From Laetmonice hystrix (Eukaryota): a stretch of DNA of 64,000 nucleotides. Shown in pieces: positions 47,296 to 60,368 of the stretch. Every line of letters begins with the position of its first letter. Position 1 is the first letter of the stretch. The position numbers were made by a program, and so were the translations under genes. The stretch spans positions 27,218,001 to 27,282,000 of the forward strand of contig OZ249436.1 in the NCBI GenBank assembly GCA_965235115.1, written 5' to 3'. The notes under the pieces are model-generated. The model saw only the letters and a program-made list of their open reading frames with translations. It had not been told where the DNA came from and made no database searches.

Positions 47296-50200
47296 ATGGC
47301 TTTGAGATACATCATCATCGCAATTTTGGTGATTCATAAAATAACAGGTTAGTTTTTACATTAAATATTATACTTATGAGGTTCTTGGCAGCTTTTGTGA
47401 ATGTGTTTTTATTGTATTCCTTCACTGTTCTGTAATTTTACCCCATTTTAATTTGTTTCGAGCTTCACTGCACTCTAGTTCCAGTAAAAACTATTCGTGA
47501 ATGCTGAAAGCGAATTTGACGTGTGTGGGGGGAGGCACTGCTGGATCCAGGGGGGTGTTCCTTATCATGTCGTTAGCTTGTCGTATCGTTAACTCCAATG
47601 TATTTTCAATGGGAATTTTAACGCACGACAAGATAACGACAGATGAGGAACGCACCCCAGGGGCGCTAAGGGGGCCTCAGCCCCCCTAAATTCTGGACGA
47701 TGTTATTTTTATCATACAATCATACAACAATATGTTCTTGGTGTGTCTGTGTGATATACATAAAGTTTGATATACTGGTACAGGGTACACGGTACGTAAG
47801 CCTATACTACACCGATCAGTAAATTTTATATAGGCACATGTTTTGAATGATTTGATGACATGCAATTACTAACATCCCATCTTCCGGCCGCTCCCAATCC
47901 ACCATAAACGTTCCTCATTTAAGGTTCAACAATAATTAAACAAATTCATTCTATTGCTTGCTTTAGGTGTCTGTGGTCGCCACTGGTTTTTGGGCCCCAC
48001 AGTTCAAGACAGCAGCACGTGTGGGCAGACGGCCGAACTTCCTTGCCCTCACATTGAGTGCCTTCGGGGCAGGCTTCGATCTTCTGACGATGTGTTTGTG
48101 TTGGCATCGAATGGTATTCTGCAACACTGCACGGACGAACCGATAGACGTTTCGGTAAACATATTGGGATACAATGGAGTTCCACAGCTAGCATGCGAGG
48201 AAGGCCTCACTCATAAGTCGAATATCACTTCTTTCAGCATCTTAATGTTTGGTGCGACCAATGAGTTGTTCTTGGACATCCGCATTGAAGGCATTGCATT
48301 TTCTTCGGGCTATATACGTGGTGGTAATAACCTGGCATTGGAGATTTCAAATTGCATTTTTGATGCCAATTCAACACTTGAAATAGGGGCGGGGCAGTCC
48401 GTCCACTCTACGATTTTGCCATGCCAATCATTGTTCTTAACGTTGAAGTCTACAATCTCTTACTCTATTTTGAAGAGCTTACGGGATACGTTTCAATACC
48501 AGAATATTGTTTTAGAATGTGATAGAATATACTTCAAAGCAGAAGACAACAACTTTTCAGACAATGGCATCAGAGTTCATGGTAGGGCCTTTCTATATAT
48601 AAAAGCCGACAACCTCACGTTCCATCAGAAAGGAGTCGCCATAACGAGTGATCATATGGGTGGAATCAGAGCAACTTGTCCGGTGAAAGCATGCGTTATA
48701 GAGATAACCAATTCCCAGTTTATTGGTCTAAAACCTTACAATGGCGCTATCACATACCTCGATGTAGATGCAATGAAAAGGGCACCGTTAGAAGTTCATA
48801 TCGTACTACCATTGGATGTTTTGCGTGAGCCCAACTCGGTGCGAATACAACTCTACAATGACTCTTTTCTGGGAGGCCAAGGCGCAGTTGTAGTCAGGGG
48901 GCATGTAGATGAACTGTCGATTCAGCATTGTTCATTTGAAAAGAATGCTGCACAAAAGAAGGGAGGAGCTTTGTATGTCTCAAACTCTATGCGAAATACT
49001 AATATCACCATAACAAACAGCGTCTTCACTGGCAATATAGCAGGTACGTACAGTGGACAGTACGAAAAGGGGGAGGACACCCAACCTATAGAGATAATTA
49101 CAACGGAGGGAGAAAAATTACAAATCATGTACTATTCGTTTACAGAAATGAGCGGGAAATTCTTGATCGCCAGATCCAGGGATAACAGCACGACTGACTT
49201 CCATGTAGATTCCGCGGGTCAGGGCGGTGCATTGCTAATTGAAAACGGAAAGGTTTTCATTTCAAATTGCTCTTTCGTTGGAAATATGGCCAGTCGATCT
49301 GGATCTACAGCAAAGATATGGTCTCGAACATCTGTCGATATATCACACTCGAATTTTATGACATATAACAGAATGACGTTTACTGAATTTCTAACAGTCT
49401 CAAGTTTGCTTCTTAGGATAGAGAATACCAGTTTTAAGTTCTTATCTTTAGACAGGGATATCCGTATACTTGGGTACATGTGGGAAAAAGGCGGGCAAAT
49501 AGATTTTACCCATGTAAGCCTCGATTGCCCTCGTGGATTTGAACTAAGTTCATATAAAACTACCGTAGGTTATAACCATGGCTCGATGGGAAGGAAATAT
49601 TATTCTTTCCACTACATGTGTGCGATGTGTGACGATGGAAAGTATTCCATTTATCAGGGATCACAATATATTGTTTTTGCTGACAACGTGACGGGACCCA
49701 GTTCAATTATGTGCAAGGATTGTCCTTATGGCGGTGTCTGCTACGGATGGTCTGTGTCATCTAGCAAAGATTATTGGGGGATCAGGACGGGAGACAGTGT
49801 ACGATTCTTCAAGTGTCCGTCTAACTACTGCTGTCCTAACATTATTGAGCCCACGTATTCCTCCTGTTGTGGACACAGGATGGGACGTCTGTGTGGAAAA
49901 TGCAGCAAAGGATACTCGCAGGCATTGTTCACGTCGACCTGCGTTAAAACAGAAAAATGTGACGATTACTGGATTATTGCAGTGGCCTTTACTAGTGCAG
50001 TTTTATATGCATCTTTTCTTATATTTCAAGGGATGTTCAAAACGTTCATTTTCATGCGTCGGAAACCATGCAAGGACACGACAACGTCATCTGTCGCCGA
50101 AGTTGACAGAACAAAAAATGAGGCATTAAGAGACGCTGATTCGTCATATGATTATACCTTCCTTATTTTGCTCTTTTATTATTTCCAGGATGCAACGTTG

Positions 50201-51355
50201 CTCACCATTAACACCACATATCAGACACCCTACCCGGCAGCCACACACCCCGCCATAAGGAATGCTATTGGTCAGCTCTTTCAGTTCAGACTGGAGTTAT
50301 ACCAGATATTCTTCCCCCTGGTGTGCGTTTTCCCTCGGTTAAAATCATTTCACCAGGTCATGTTCAAAACTCTATTCGTACCAATCCTGTGGTCGGTCTT
50401 GATAATTATATACTTATGCATCCGCTTTGTATCCATCAAAAGACCCAATTCAACATCATGGGAAACCCTGAGGGACCACTGCAGCGTGGCCTTCTTTTTG
50501 GCGTCGCTTTTCTCGTATCAAAAAATGTCGGTTAGCACCTTCATTTTGATCAAATGCGTCGACATACTGGGGAAACGGTACTTGTTCATTGATGCAACAA
50601 TTTCATGCTTTCAACTATGGCAAATCGGACCCTTCATTGTGTTGGTTATCTTCATTGTGCCTTTTTGCTTATTGCTCATGGCAGGACCAATATTGCTTCA
50701 GAGAGGTTATATTTCACATCGAGTTTTTATTTGTGCTTGTATTATCCCACTGCCTTTCCTTCTCTTCTGGCTGTATCGGTTTTACATGAGGCCAAATAGA
50801 ACTGACCCATCTCTGCCCATCTCGACTCAGGCCAAAGCCGCCTATGCGGCAATAGGCGGTGCCTTCAAGGAAATGTACCTTCCTATAATTAAAGTACCCT
50901 TCTCGTGGGCTGGTGTTCCTATCAGCCGTCGCTTGCTACTTATAGTGGCTGACGCTTTCATCAGTGACACACTTCAGAAAATGCTTTTTGCAAACGGTGT
51001 GTGCATTCTATACTTGTGCATCCAAGTGGGTGTTTGTCCATATAAGAATATCGCGTCCAACATAAGTAGCACCGCCTCGTCTCTTGCGCTGCTAACAATA
51101 GCCCTTATAAACCTTATCCGGTCAGCATACGAATCTGCTGGAAGGTTACCCGACGTTCCACACATGACAATAATTTACCATCTGCAAATCCTAGATGATA
51201 TTTTGCTCTTTTGGTTTCCTGTTGTTGGTGTAAGTGTAATTGTTTCTATGCTAATTCTACGTCTTTTAGTTGTCCTTTTCAAGTGTCTAAAACGTCGGTG
51301 CAACCCTACAATGCGTGTTTCAGTGGTAGAGAACGAAAGAACTACTCGTCTCTGA
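47296..51355 (+). CDS. Large surface protein: signal peptide + Pmp-like GGA/FxxN beta-helix repeats + Cys-rich module + ~9-10 TM helices, ~1146 aa
   Basis: Exon 1 47296-47347 (MALRYIIIAILVIHKIT, GT donor, phase 1) joins acceptor 47965-47966 in frame with the 3.4-kb ORF. Motifs FEKN..KKGGAL, FTGN, GQGGAL, FVGN; C..CP.GGVC...DYWG...CP..YCC...R.G.LCGKC..GYS; then hydrophobic helices. Confidence 0.88.
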
Positions 51356-51538
51356 ACTTTACCTTCGATCTTCCCTCAGCAACATGTATTATCGCCTTAA
51401 AAATTACCTAAAGATACATAGCCGTCGGAACCTGGGAGGGGAGCTGAGAAATTCATTCTGCCATTCAGGCTGGCAATTTTGCGTGATCGCAATTTATAAA
51501 TTAATCCGACTTATGGTATACCTACACGTGTTCGACTC

Positions 51539-51838
51539 ATGGTGACTCTACCATAAAAAGGTCTCTAGAATTATTGGTCAAATGACAGCATCTTTAACGT
51601 GATCGGTTGATTTGTATGGTCACTCTACCATAAAAAGGTCTTAGAATTATTGGTCAAATGACAGCATTTTTAACATTATCGGTTGATTTGTATGGTCACT
51701 CTACCATAAAAAGGTCTTAGAATTATTGGTCAAATGACAGCATCTTTAACGTGATCGGTTGATTTGTATGGTCACTCTACCATAAAAAGGTCTCTAGAAT
51801 TATTGGTCAAAGGACAGCATTTTTAACGTGATCGGTTA
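51539..51838. repeat. ~76-bp tandem repeat, ~4 units
   Basis: ATGGTCACTCTACCATAAAAAGGTC... at 51539, 51616, 51692, 51768. Confidence 0.9.
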
Positions 51839-52537
51839 ATTTAAGCTCCCTGCATGCCTTAGTAACTTCATAAATAAGCTAACTCTATTAACAAACCAAT
51901 GATGCGCCACAATAGACTGCACCTAGCGGTTTCCTATAGAGAGGTTTAAGGTGTCAAAGCCTTATTTCCACAGTGGAACTTTTGGACATTGCACGGCCGG
52001 TGACGTCTCTTTTTTTTATATCAGTTGAAATATTCAGTTGCCTCTGTTCATATGAAAACAGTATGTGAACCATTTAGTTAGTTATGATAAAGCGGCGAGT
52101 AGTCACACTAGAAAAGCCAAGTTCTATATACTGATATTTAAAATCATAATTTAGTTGAATGAACGAGTAAAGTTGACTCAAAGTCACCTCGAGTCGGACA
52201 CTGCTAGTTGGACAAGTGCAGGCCTCCCAGCAAAACCTATAAAACCCTATTTCTAACTTGGGAGCCTAGATTTGTTTAAAGTAACCTATAAACCTATAAA
52301 AACCTATGTTTTTACTCTGCCATAAACTTGAAAAAATTTTAAAGGAAATTTTAAAAATTAACCTTACCCAAAGTGTAGCTATCAAATAACCATCTTCCGG
52401 AGTTGTGATTACCACCAGTTTTAGATAGAGGTACTGAGATTAAAGAGCTGACAACATCTGAAGAACAACCGAAATCAGCGTGTGGTCTTGTGGGCAAGTG
52501 CGTTAGCTTGATGAATTGGCTAGTCAAAACAGGAATA

Positions 52538-53902
52538 TATCGGGTGGGCCTAAAAATTTTGTAACACTCCTTTTTTGACTGTAACTTCTATAATTTTTTA
52601 CCCTAATGTCATAATATTTGGAACATGATATCATCTGGTTAGTTGGGGCATGTGGTACGAATTTCAGATAAATAGGTCAAAATGTCTAAAAATAGGGTCA
52701 TTTCAAAACTGTACAACTCTACAATGACTCTTTTCTGGGGTGTCGATTCAGCATTGTTCATTTGAAAAGAATGCTGCACAAAAGAAGGGAGGAGCTTTGT
52801 ATGTCTCAAACTCTATGCGAAATACTAATATCACCATAACAGACAGTGTCTTCACTGCCAATGTAGCAGGTACGTACAGTGGACAGTACGAAAAGGGGGA
52901 GGACACCCAACCTATAGAGATTATTACAACGGAGGGAGAAAAATTACAAATCATGTGTTATTCGTTTACAGAAATGAGCGGGAAATTCTTGATCGCCAGA
53001 TCCAGGGATAACAACACGACTGACTTCCATGTAGATTCCGCGGGTCAGGGCGATCAGATTTGTATGTCAAAAATTGCAATGCCGTCCAGGCGTCCTCAGT
53101 AGAGTTGGTCCCGCTGTGTCTGTAACACTCTTTACTTGACTATAGCTTCTACAATTTTCATAGTTTGTCACTGATATTCAGGGCTTCATGTTATATGGTT
53201 ATTAGCATTTTGTGGTGAAACTTTTAGGCAGATAGGCCAAAAACTCTTTATGTGGAAATAGCCTAAATCAAACATCACATGTCGAAAAATGCAATGCCGG
53301 AGAGCTATGCGTCACCCACCGATTTCAGTTAAAAGGGAAAAGGTGATCGATGTAACCCCCATCCTGTTCCCTGTTCACTCACAGCCCTTAGTCTCTTTTT
53401 GAATAGCCCGGCTGATTTCCTGACTTCTTCTTGAGTAATTCCCTCCCACCTTTCCCAAATTTTCTCCATCACGCTTCAGTTCGATCTCGGCGAATTTTCG
53501 TTTGCGACCTTTATAGACTTTTTCAGACAGGGAATCCCAAACGGTATGGGGTTTAAGTCGGGACTGGCCACCAGTTTTTGGCAGGGGGCATTTCATACAT
53601 TTGACGTCACGTCATTCAAACACAGTGGCAACAACCCTGCCAAGAAAACTGGGTCATTGCAAAGAGTCACTGTACTACAGTATGACAGGACAGTTTCCTG
53701 CTGGTCTGGCATTGTAATTTTTGACACGAATTTTTAGAAATGGCCCTATTTGTAGATGTTTTGACCCATTTATCTGAAATTTGTACCACAGACCCCAAAT
53801 AACCAGATGATATCATGTTCCAAATATTATGACATTGGGGTAAAAATTCTAGACATTACTGTCAAGAAAAGAGTGTTCCAAAATTTGTTGGCCCACCCGA
53901 TA
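52538..53902 (-). mobile_element. Internally deleted Tc1/mariner element (TA TSD, ~170-200-bp TIRs) with transposase C-terminal relic
   Basis: TATCGGGTGGGCC / GGCCCACCCGATA flanked by TA. On the - strand at ~53340-53580, across frameshifts: ASPDLNP, VWDSLSEKVYK, FKKRLRAV, DGGYIDH. Confidence 0.85.
52712..53052 (+). pseudogene. Duplicated fragment of the neighbouring receptor CDS (source 48846-49226, 40-bp internal deletion)
   Basis: Near-identical to the source with ~8 substitutions counted by eye. It interrupts the left TIR of the Tc1/mariner element. Confidence 0.95.
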
Positions 53903-56535
53903 TAGAGGTATACATCCAGACTCCAAGATGATTTGTATACTGTGGTACAATGGTGTAATTTAAATCAGTTGTCATTATTATTAAGAAATCGAAGTATCAA
54001 ATCTTTGGTTCGAGAAAGATGCTTAAATATTGTCACGATGTACAACATGTAGACTTGTTCATTGCCAATTCAGAGTGACTACATATAAATTGTATAGTGT
54101 TACACGCAACAATATTATTAGCCTCTTAAAAAGTGCAATGCTCACTTACTTAAGGTCATTCTCTATTTAGCAGTGGTATCTTATTTAGAGGTGCAACTCA
54201 ACTGCTTGGAACCTGTTAACCCCGAAGATTAGAAATACATGTTTTGGATCCTATCAAGAGTTTAAAACATACATGTACATGTACTGAATTTTCTTTGTAA
54301 CCAGAATTTCATTTGTTATGTAATAATATATAACAGAATTGATGGTATCACTTGAACGGGATACTGTAGCAAGACTATTAACCTGTTTGGTGTTGATATC
54401 AATTAGACTGTAGTTGAACGTAAAATTTTATCTGTTAATTATTAGTATGAAACATGAATATGTATATAGACTAGGTTATATATAGAGTGTGTTTACTTTC
54501 TCCATAAAAATGCAAATTATAGAAATTAGGGACGTATGGTCCCGATTATATCAGTAGGCCTATAAATAAAAGTTTAAAAAAGGTTGCCAAAAAATGAAAA
54601 AAGGAGAGAAAAAAAAGATAGTAGTGTCAGCCTGCCACTACACTTTTCAAAGTACGTTGTAGGAACATGTAGGGTGCTAGAAAGGTCTAACCCTATGTTT
54701 GGACCGATGCAAAGTACTGACAGATCTTGTTCATCATCAGTGTTTTGAAAGTACGATAAACTAATAACATCTGGCGAATATCTAGTCGGACCGAGCTCGC
54801 CCCCTGTCGGCCGAGGGCCTGGAGGTATAGAACGTGTCCTCATTCACGACTGAGCCTAAGAATGCGGAGAAACAGAAGTTATCGGAAAAGTGTATCAATA
54901 CCTATTTATTGGTGGTTTATCTTTCGATGATTTAAAAAAATAAAATGACATTAGCCTGAAGATTCGCCCATGGTGGCCCCCCTTTTCAACTCTGCATGAG
55001 CCCCGGCTCATGTCCGACTCAAGGTACCCCCCCCCCCGTCCGACTCATGGTGTCAGTGTATTACGTTTTATTTGCGTAATAGGCCTATAATACAATTCAA
55101 ACTAACTATATTCCTATGGACCTGGGTTTGAAAAAGTTTCTATAAATTAATGAGGCATTGGTTGAAATTCAGTGAAGACTTTGCATATCATATCAGCTTT
55201 TCGAAGCATTTCGCGCTCAGACTCATGGTTACCCTACTCTATGTGCGTACTACGCTAAATTAGCATGAATTTGTCGAAGCATGTGTATTTTGAATTAAAG
55301 TTTCATAATCTTTATCCCCATCCACTTGCGTATCTATTTACAAGATCAACTAGGGGTAATTCTTTTTTGAATTTTTTCAACAATTTTGAAAAGCTGGAAA
55401 TCCAACAAAATGTTGCCTTGTAAACTCTTGCAGCAATACACTTCCACAATACTGGCCTATATCTGCTGTTTTGCCGTGTTTTTATCGTATCACATTGCTA
55501 TAGTCTAATTGTGATAGAGCTGGAACATATTAAATTGTATGCTAAGGTCTAGAGGACAGGCACACCAGTTGGAGACAGCAATACCGTTATCAGGGAGGTA
55601 AAAAAAACACTCCATTTTTTATATTAGAGATTTTATTTCACATGTCAAATTCCACAAAAATAAAACATGTATAGCCCGCCCCCTTGTGGTAAACTGATGG
55701 GATGGTGATGCGCATGTCCTTATATACACTAAGTGCTGAATGTGATAACTCTGTAATTCTCTCTATGTACAAGGTGTTGTGATGCCAATTTGGTGTACGT
55801 CTGACAACATAACCTGAACGTATGTACAATAAAAGTCTGCTATAACATGCAGTAAAACTATATCAAATATCTTTTGTCTCTAGGGGTATATCCAAGTGCA
55901 ATTCAATTTAACAATGTTTCAGGTGCAAAACACAAAGGGTTGCGGAGTAGAAATCTGACATAACTAATTGTCCGCGGAGCGTTAGATATTGGTAGGTTGA
56001 TGGAAATCCTTACTTCATAGGCAACACTTCATTTATATTACCGACTGCATCCAATACAAAAATTTATAAAACACTTTTTCTATCTTCCTGCACACTATAA
56101 AATGTCCCTACCACAAGACAAACACCAAAGTCTCGAATTGGGTATCAGTTACAACGTGCAGTCTTTGTTCGCTGTCATGTTAGGTGCAGTACTTGGTAAA
56201 GTGTGTCGGGTCAAATGGAGCATGATTGAAACATAATGTTGAACCAGTTTAGGACAAAAAATCAAGATGGATTCCGGTGAAGACAAAAAAATTACAAGTA
56301 GTAAAATTTTGCATCTAGGAAGGGGTCTCACTTTTACAACTTTTAAACTTTTTACGGGTTTATCTTAAATGCAGATCAAATGTTTTGGGTCAGGCATTAA
56401 AAAAGGATTCAATAAACCAAAATCCATTTTTATTTTTGGCTTTAGATTACTTCTCAAAGCACTCTTTTAGAGGAAACTCTATAAGAAGAAGAAAAAGACC
56501 TTTTCACATGTACATTTTTTCATTATGAAGTTTCC

Positions 56536-58381
56536 CTAGACATCTTCGTCACTTTCAATTAGTCCATTCTTCTTTACTGGACTGCCTGCACTTCTAACAG
56601 ACTCACAATGTTCAGAGGGCTCCAGTAGCAAAGACCTGTGAAAAGAACATCACAATCATTTAGATACATCAATATAGTAAAGGTACACTCTAAGTGACAG
56701 GCCGTTTTAAACAACTTGCAAAGTACAGTTTACAAAGTAAACGGTACTATACACATGGGAAATCCTGGCTTTCTATCTTCTTAATCGGTACAAAGACAGC
56801 ATTATGTGCAGTATAAACTGGATTTCTCTTTTCTTAATCGGTACAAATACAGCATTAACATAGCCCCACCCCCAAATCCTTGTCTTTGAGCACCAGGGAC
56901 ACCATGTAAAAATTTCTGGTTCGAGCGAAAAGCGAAAGTAAATAAAAATGGAAAAATATCGTCTGCGCCCCCTCCTGGCTTCAACTCCGATTCCGCTGAC
57001 ATGATAAATATTTAGACATTTTAACACTGTGTTCCTGGGGTTCAAAGTTAAGTATTTTGAGGAATTCGGGTGCCACTTTAACTAAGTACTAAAAAAATTG
57101 TCTTCAGCAGACTGCTGCTGCTCTACGTCTGGTCAAATTTAAAGCAGTATTAAATGTTATACACATACACTTCTTGGCCTGTACATAAAGTTTTGTTTCA
57201 TAAAAAAGGTTCCAATACCTGGAACATCCAGACTTGCAGCAGGATGCTAATTTTTTTTCTACATTATTATAATGTAGGTGGATTTATGCAGAACCAATTA
57301 TTGCTTATTTTTGTAACATGAACCACTCACTCTGCAGTTGTATCAGCGTCTTCAGATTTATCCGTCTCTGTGCTGGTTTTGGGTTTTAACAGGAAGCTTG
57401 ATATCCCCTTTTGCCACTCTGGAACTGGCCGAGGACAGGCTGGATTGCCTCCTGCATACTTGGATCCCCCTGTAAAATTACACATCAGATATCAAGCTGA
57501 CATTATGTAGATCTTGTGGGGATTCTAAAAATTGATTCACTGCATTCAGGTATGTGCCCCCACCAGGCGGCGCCGGGCGGACCCGCCTGGCACTGATATT
57601 AGCCGCCCAGCACAACTAAAAAAGTTCAAGTGGCAGGAATTTTTATCAGGCCTATCATCTGATCAATGTGTGTACATATTAACTTCTCATACTGGCTCTT
57701 GTTTATTCATATCAAGGCACTAACTACGGCCCCCACCCGTACCCCTTGTCAACTGAAAACCTTGTGCCTTCGGTGCAAGCACAAAACTACCGCCCAGCAC
57801 TCAATTTTTACTGGGCACATCCCTGTGTATTTATAAGGACGCCAGTTAGTCAAAAAAAAGGTTGCAGTCATATTTGGCTAAAAATGAATATAGTTTCACC
57901 ATTGACTTGTCAGCCCAATATTTTAGTTTAAATTTTCCAAAGTAAGCAGGAAAAAGGCTTAAATTTCATAACATCACACTTTCTGTCTCACAGATAATTT
58001 TGTATTTGAAACATTGAAATTACTTTGTTAGTTACTCAGATCAATGCTCATCCTAAAGCAAGTACGGTACTCCAAATAAACAGAAAGCAGGGTGCTGGTT
58101 AGCTTTAAAACCTGAATAGCCAGTGAATTAGTTAAATTATTGTTTTTTACCCAAAATTCAACTCAGGTAGCCAACATATGTCCTTGTTGTAAGAGGTCTT
58201 AATGTACAAATTGCCAAAACTATTGTCATTTAACAAACTAATAACCATTGAATGAGTAGAGAGGGCTGTGAGAAAGGTATGGCCAGGTGCAGTGAAGTTT
58301 TACCTGGTTTTGGCGAGTCTCCACACCCTGCTGATGGAGTACTACTCCCCAGTGCTTTCCTTGGGGCTTTGGCTGCAACAG
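56536..58381 (-). CDS. PCLAF: PCNA clamp-associated factor (PAF15/KIAA0101), exons 2-4; first exon not identified
   Basis: Exons 58381-58304 (VAAKAPRKALGSS), 57469-57331 (GGSKYAGGNPACPRPVPEWQKGISSFL, PIP box), 56635-56536 (…KKNGLIESDEDV*). GT-AG, phases 1/1/2 consistent. Confidence 0.9.
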
Positions 58382-60368
58382 CTGAAGAAAACCACAACAA
58401 TATACACACCTGAAGAGCTATATCAGTCTTGAGCGACAACTCAAAGAATTTAATATAATAGAAATAGGCCAAACCATCTTTTCATTACAAATACAGTAAA
58501 ACTTGCATTTAAAGGGAATAGAAAAGTTCAAACTATCAATATAACTGGTGTTCAGCATGAACAAGCTTGTTCTTACGTACAATTCTGTGATTATCTATCT
58601 TTAATAAAGGAATAATCAACCGAAATGCAGAGACATTCTCCCGTGGGCTTCGTCGGTTTGTTTACCCTAATTGGCCCTTATCTCAATATATTAATAGATA
58701 GCTCCCGCTGTCTCGCGTGGGAAATAGCGAATGACCCAGGCGGTATTTTTAAAAAGTCGCCGTTGACAGTGTTCCACTTATCGGTGTGACCTTAGACACT
58801 TTATATGGTGTTACTGGTGTTTAAAGGTATACGTTAGTGAGGAACATTTCTATTCCCTTTAAGTCACTCGTAATCGGATCTATGCTCATCTTGGACAAAG
58901 TTTTGTGGGAAGGAAGATCCGTAACGTTTGACTGAATGAAAATATACGCATAAGTCGGATTTCTTAAGTTGGATCTTCGCTCCTCTCGGAGAAAATGCTC
59001 TGGACATTATTAAATGAGACCCAGATTCCCTTTTTTTTTACCCCACCTAAGTTGGAGCAGTAGAATGGGGTTTTCCCGGAAAGGGTTTCGCTGATGCCTC
59101 GGTTGGTTTTCCTGGAAAGTCGAAGCGTTCAATAGACATGCAGATGTTGGTTTTTCCCCAGAAAGTTTTCAGCGGCTGATGATTTGGCCCATCTGTTTAA
59201 AGTCTTTAGTCCAGGCACAAGTCCTTCAAGCAGGCCTTGTCTTTTAAGACGCGCGATCGCTCGTGCGCACCATACCGCGCCTAAATCCCATCGAGGCAAA
59301 AAAGCACACACCTATAATAAATTCGCACGCCTCTGCTACCATCACCAATCGATGTTTACTTCTGCCTCCGCCATGTGCCCAGAACTCCCATAATTACCAT
59401 GTAATAAGGGCCTCTACCAAAATTCCAATGAGCTAGCAAATCGTTCATTAAAAAAAGCTCACCTAGGCTCATTCAGGTGAGCTTTTTATCACTCGCCTTA
59501 ATTTTTTTAAAAGACAAGGCCTGTTCAAGATATCTCGGGGAAGAAAGTCATAACTCATATTAGTTCATAATGAACATCTACAGTCAGACTAGCCTACTAG
59601 AAACACTAGTCTATAATTTCTGTGCCAGGGTGCATCTTGCTTTGTGCACTACATTGACTCGGCCGGGCCGCCGCATATAAGGAAGGAGGCGTGCCCATAG
59701 TTGTTATAGTGGGGGGGGGGGGGGAGGGGGGGGCAGACCCCCACTCAAGGCCGGCTAGGTGTGAGAACTCGCCGGTGTGCATGCTGGATGTCAGCCCACG
59801 GCTGCGTTCTTGTCGGCGTCCAAGAACACACATTACGCTCAAGGTAAATGATACACAGAGTGTCTAGATAGAGGACAATGAATCAACGTGGTTACTGACG
59901 ACTTATTTGCCTCAGTCTCAGAGTGAGCATGTATAGGCTTCAGTCAGACCTGGGCCAAATCGTCTGACTGGATGGGCCAAATCAGCCGGCTCCCCAGGCC
60001 AGATGAGTCATGGGCCAAATCGAGTTAATCGACTGGAGATGAATTTAAAATGGATCATGCATTCTTAATAATTTTCCATTTGTATCGCATTTATAATGCA
60101 ACAGTTCTCAGGGGCGGATTTAGTGGGGGTGGGGCGATGGGGCCGTGGCCCCCCGTTTCGTCAGGGTACCAATCAGAAAAAAGGCAAAATTTTGTTGTTT
60201 GCAAAGTCCGTAAAAGCAAACATTTTGCTTTCTCAGAATGCAGGACTTTTATGCCATTTCAGAGACTATAGATGTTCAAAATTGTGCGGGATGCCCCCGG
60301 TCTCCCCTAGCAGGGCTCAACCCCCCCCCCACACCTTTCCAACCGGCCCCCCCTTTTCCAAAATCCAG

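Noticed and set aside
47954-51355. Bacterial contamination or recent HGT of a Pmp gene
   Set aside because: It has a spliced signal-peptide exon, a eukaryote-type Cys-rich module and alpha-helical TMs rather than an autotransporter barrel.
59129-59393. THAP/Myb-like remnant or small gene
   Set aside because: Only vague resemblance; no complete motif in any frame.
59780-59842. + strand first exon (MLDVSPRLR...LK|gtaaat) downstream of a TATA-like box
   Set aside because: No downstream exon was identified in the window; could be chance.
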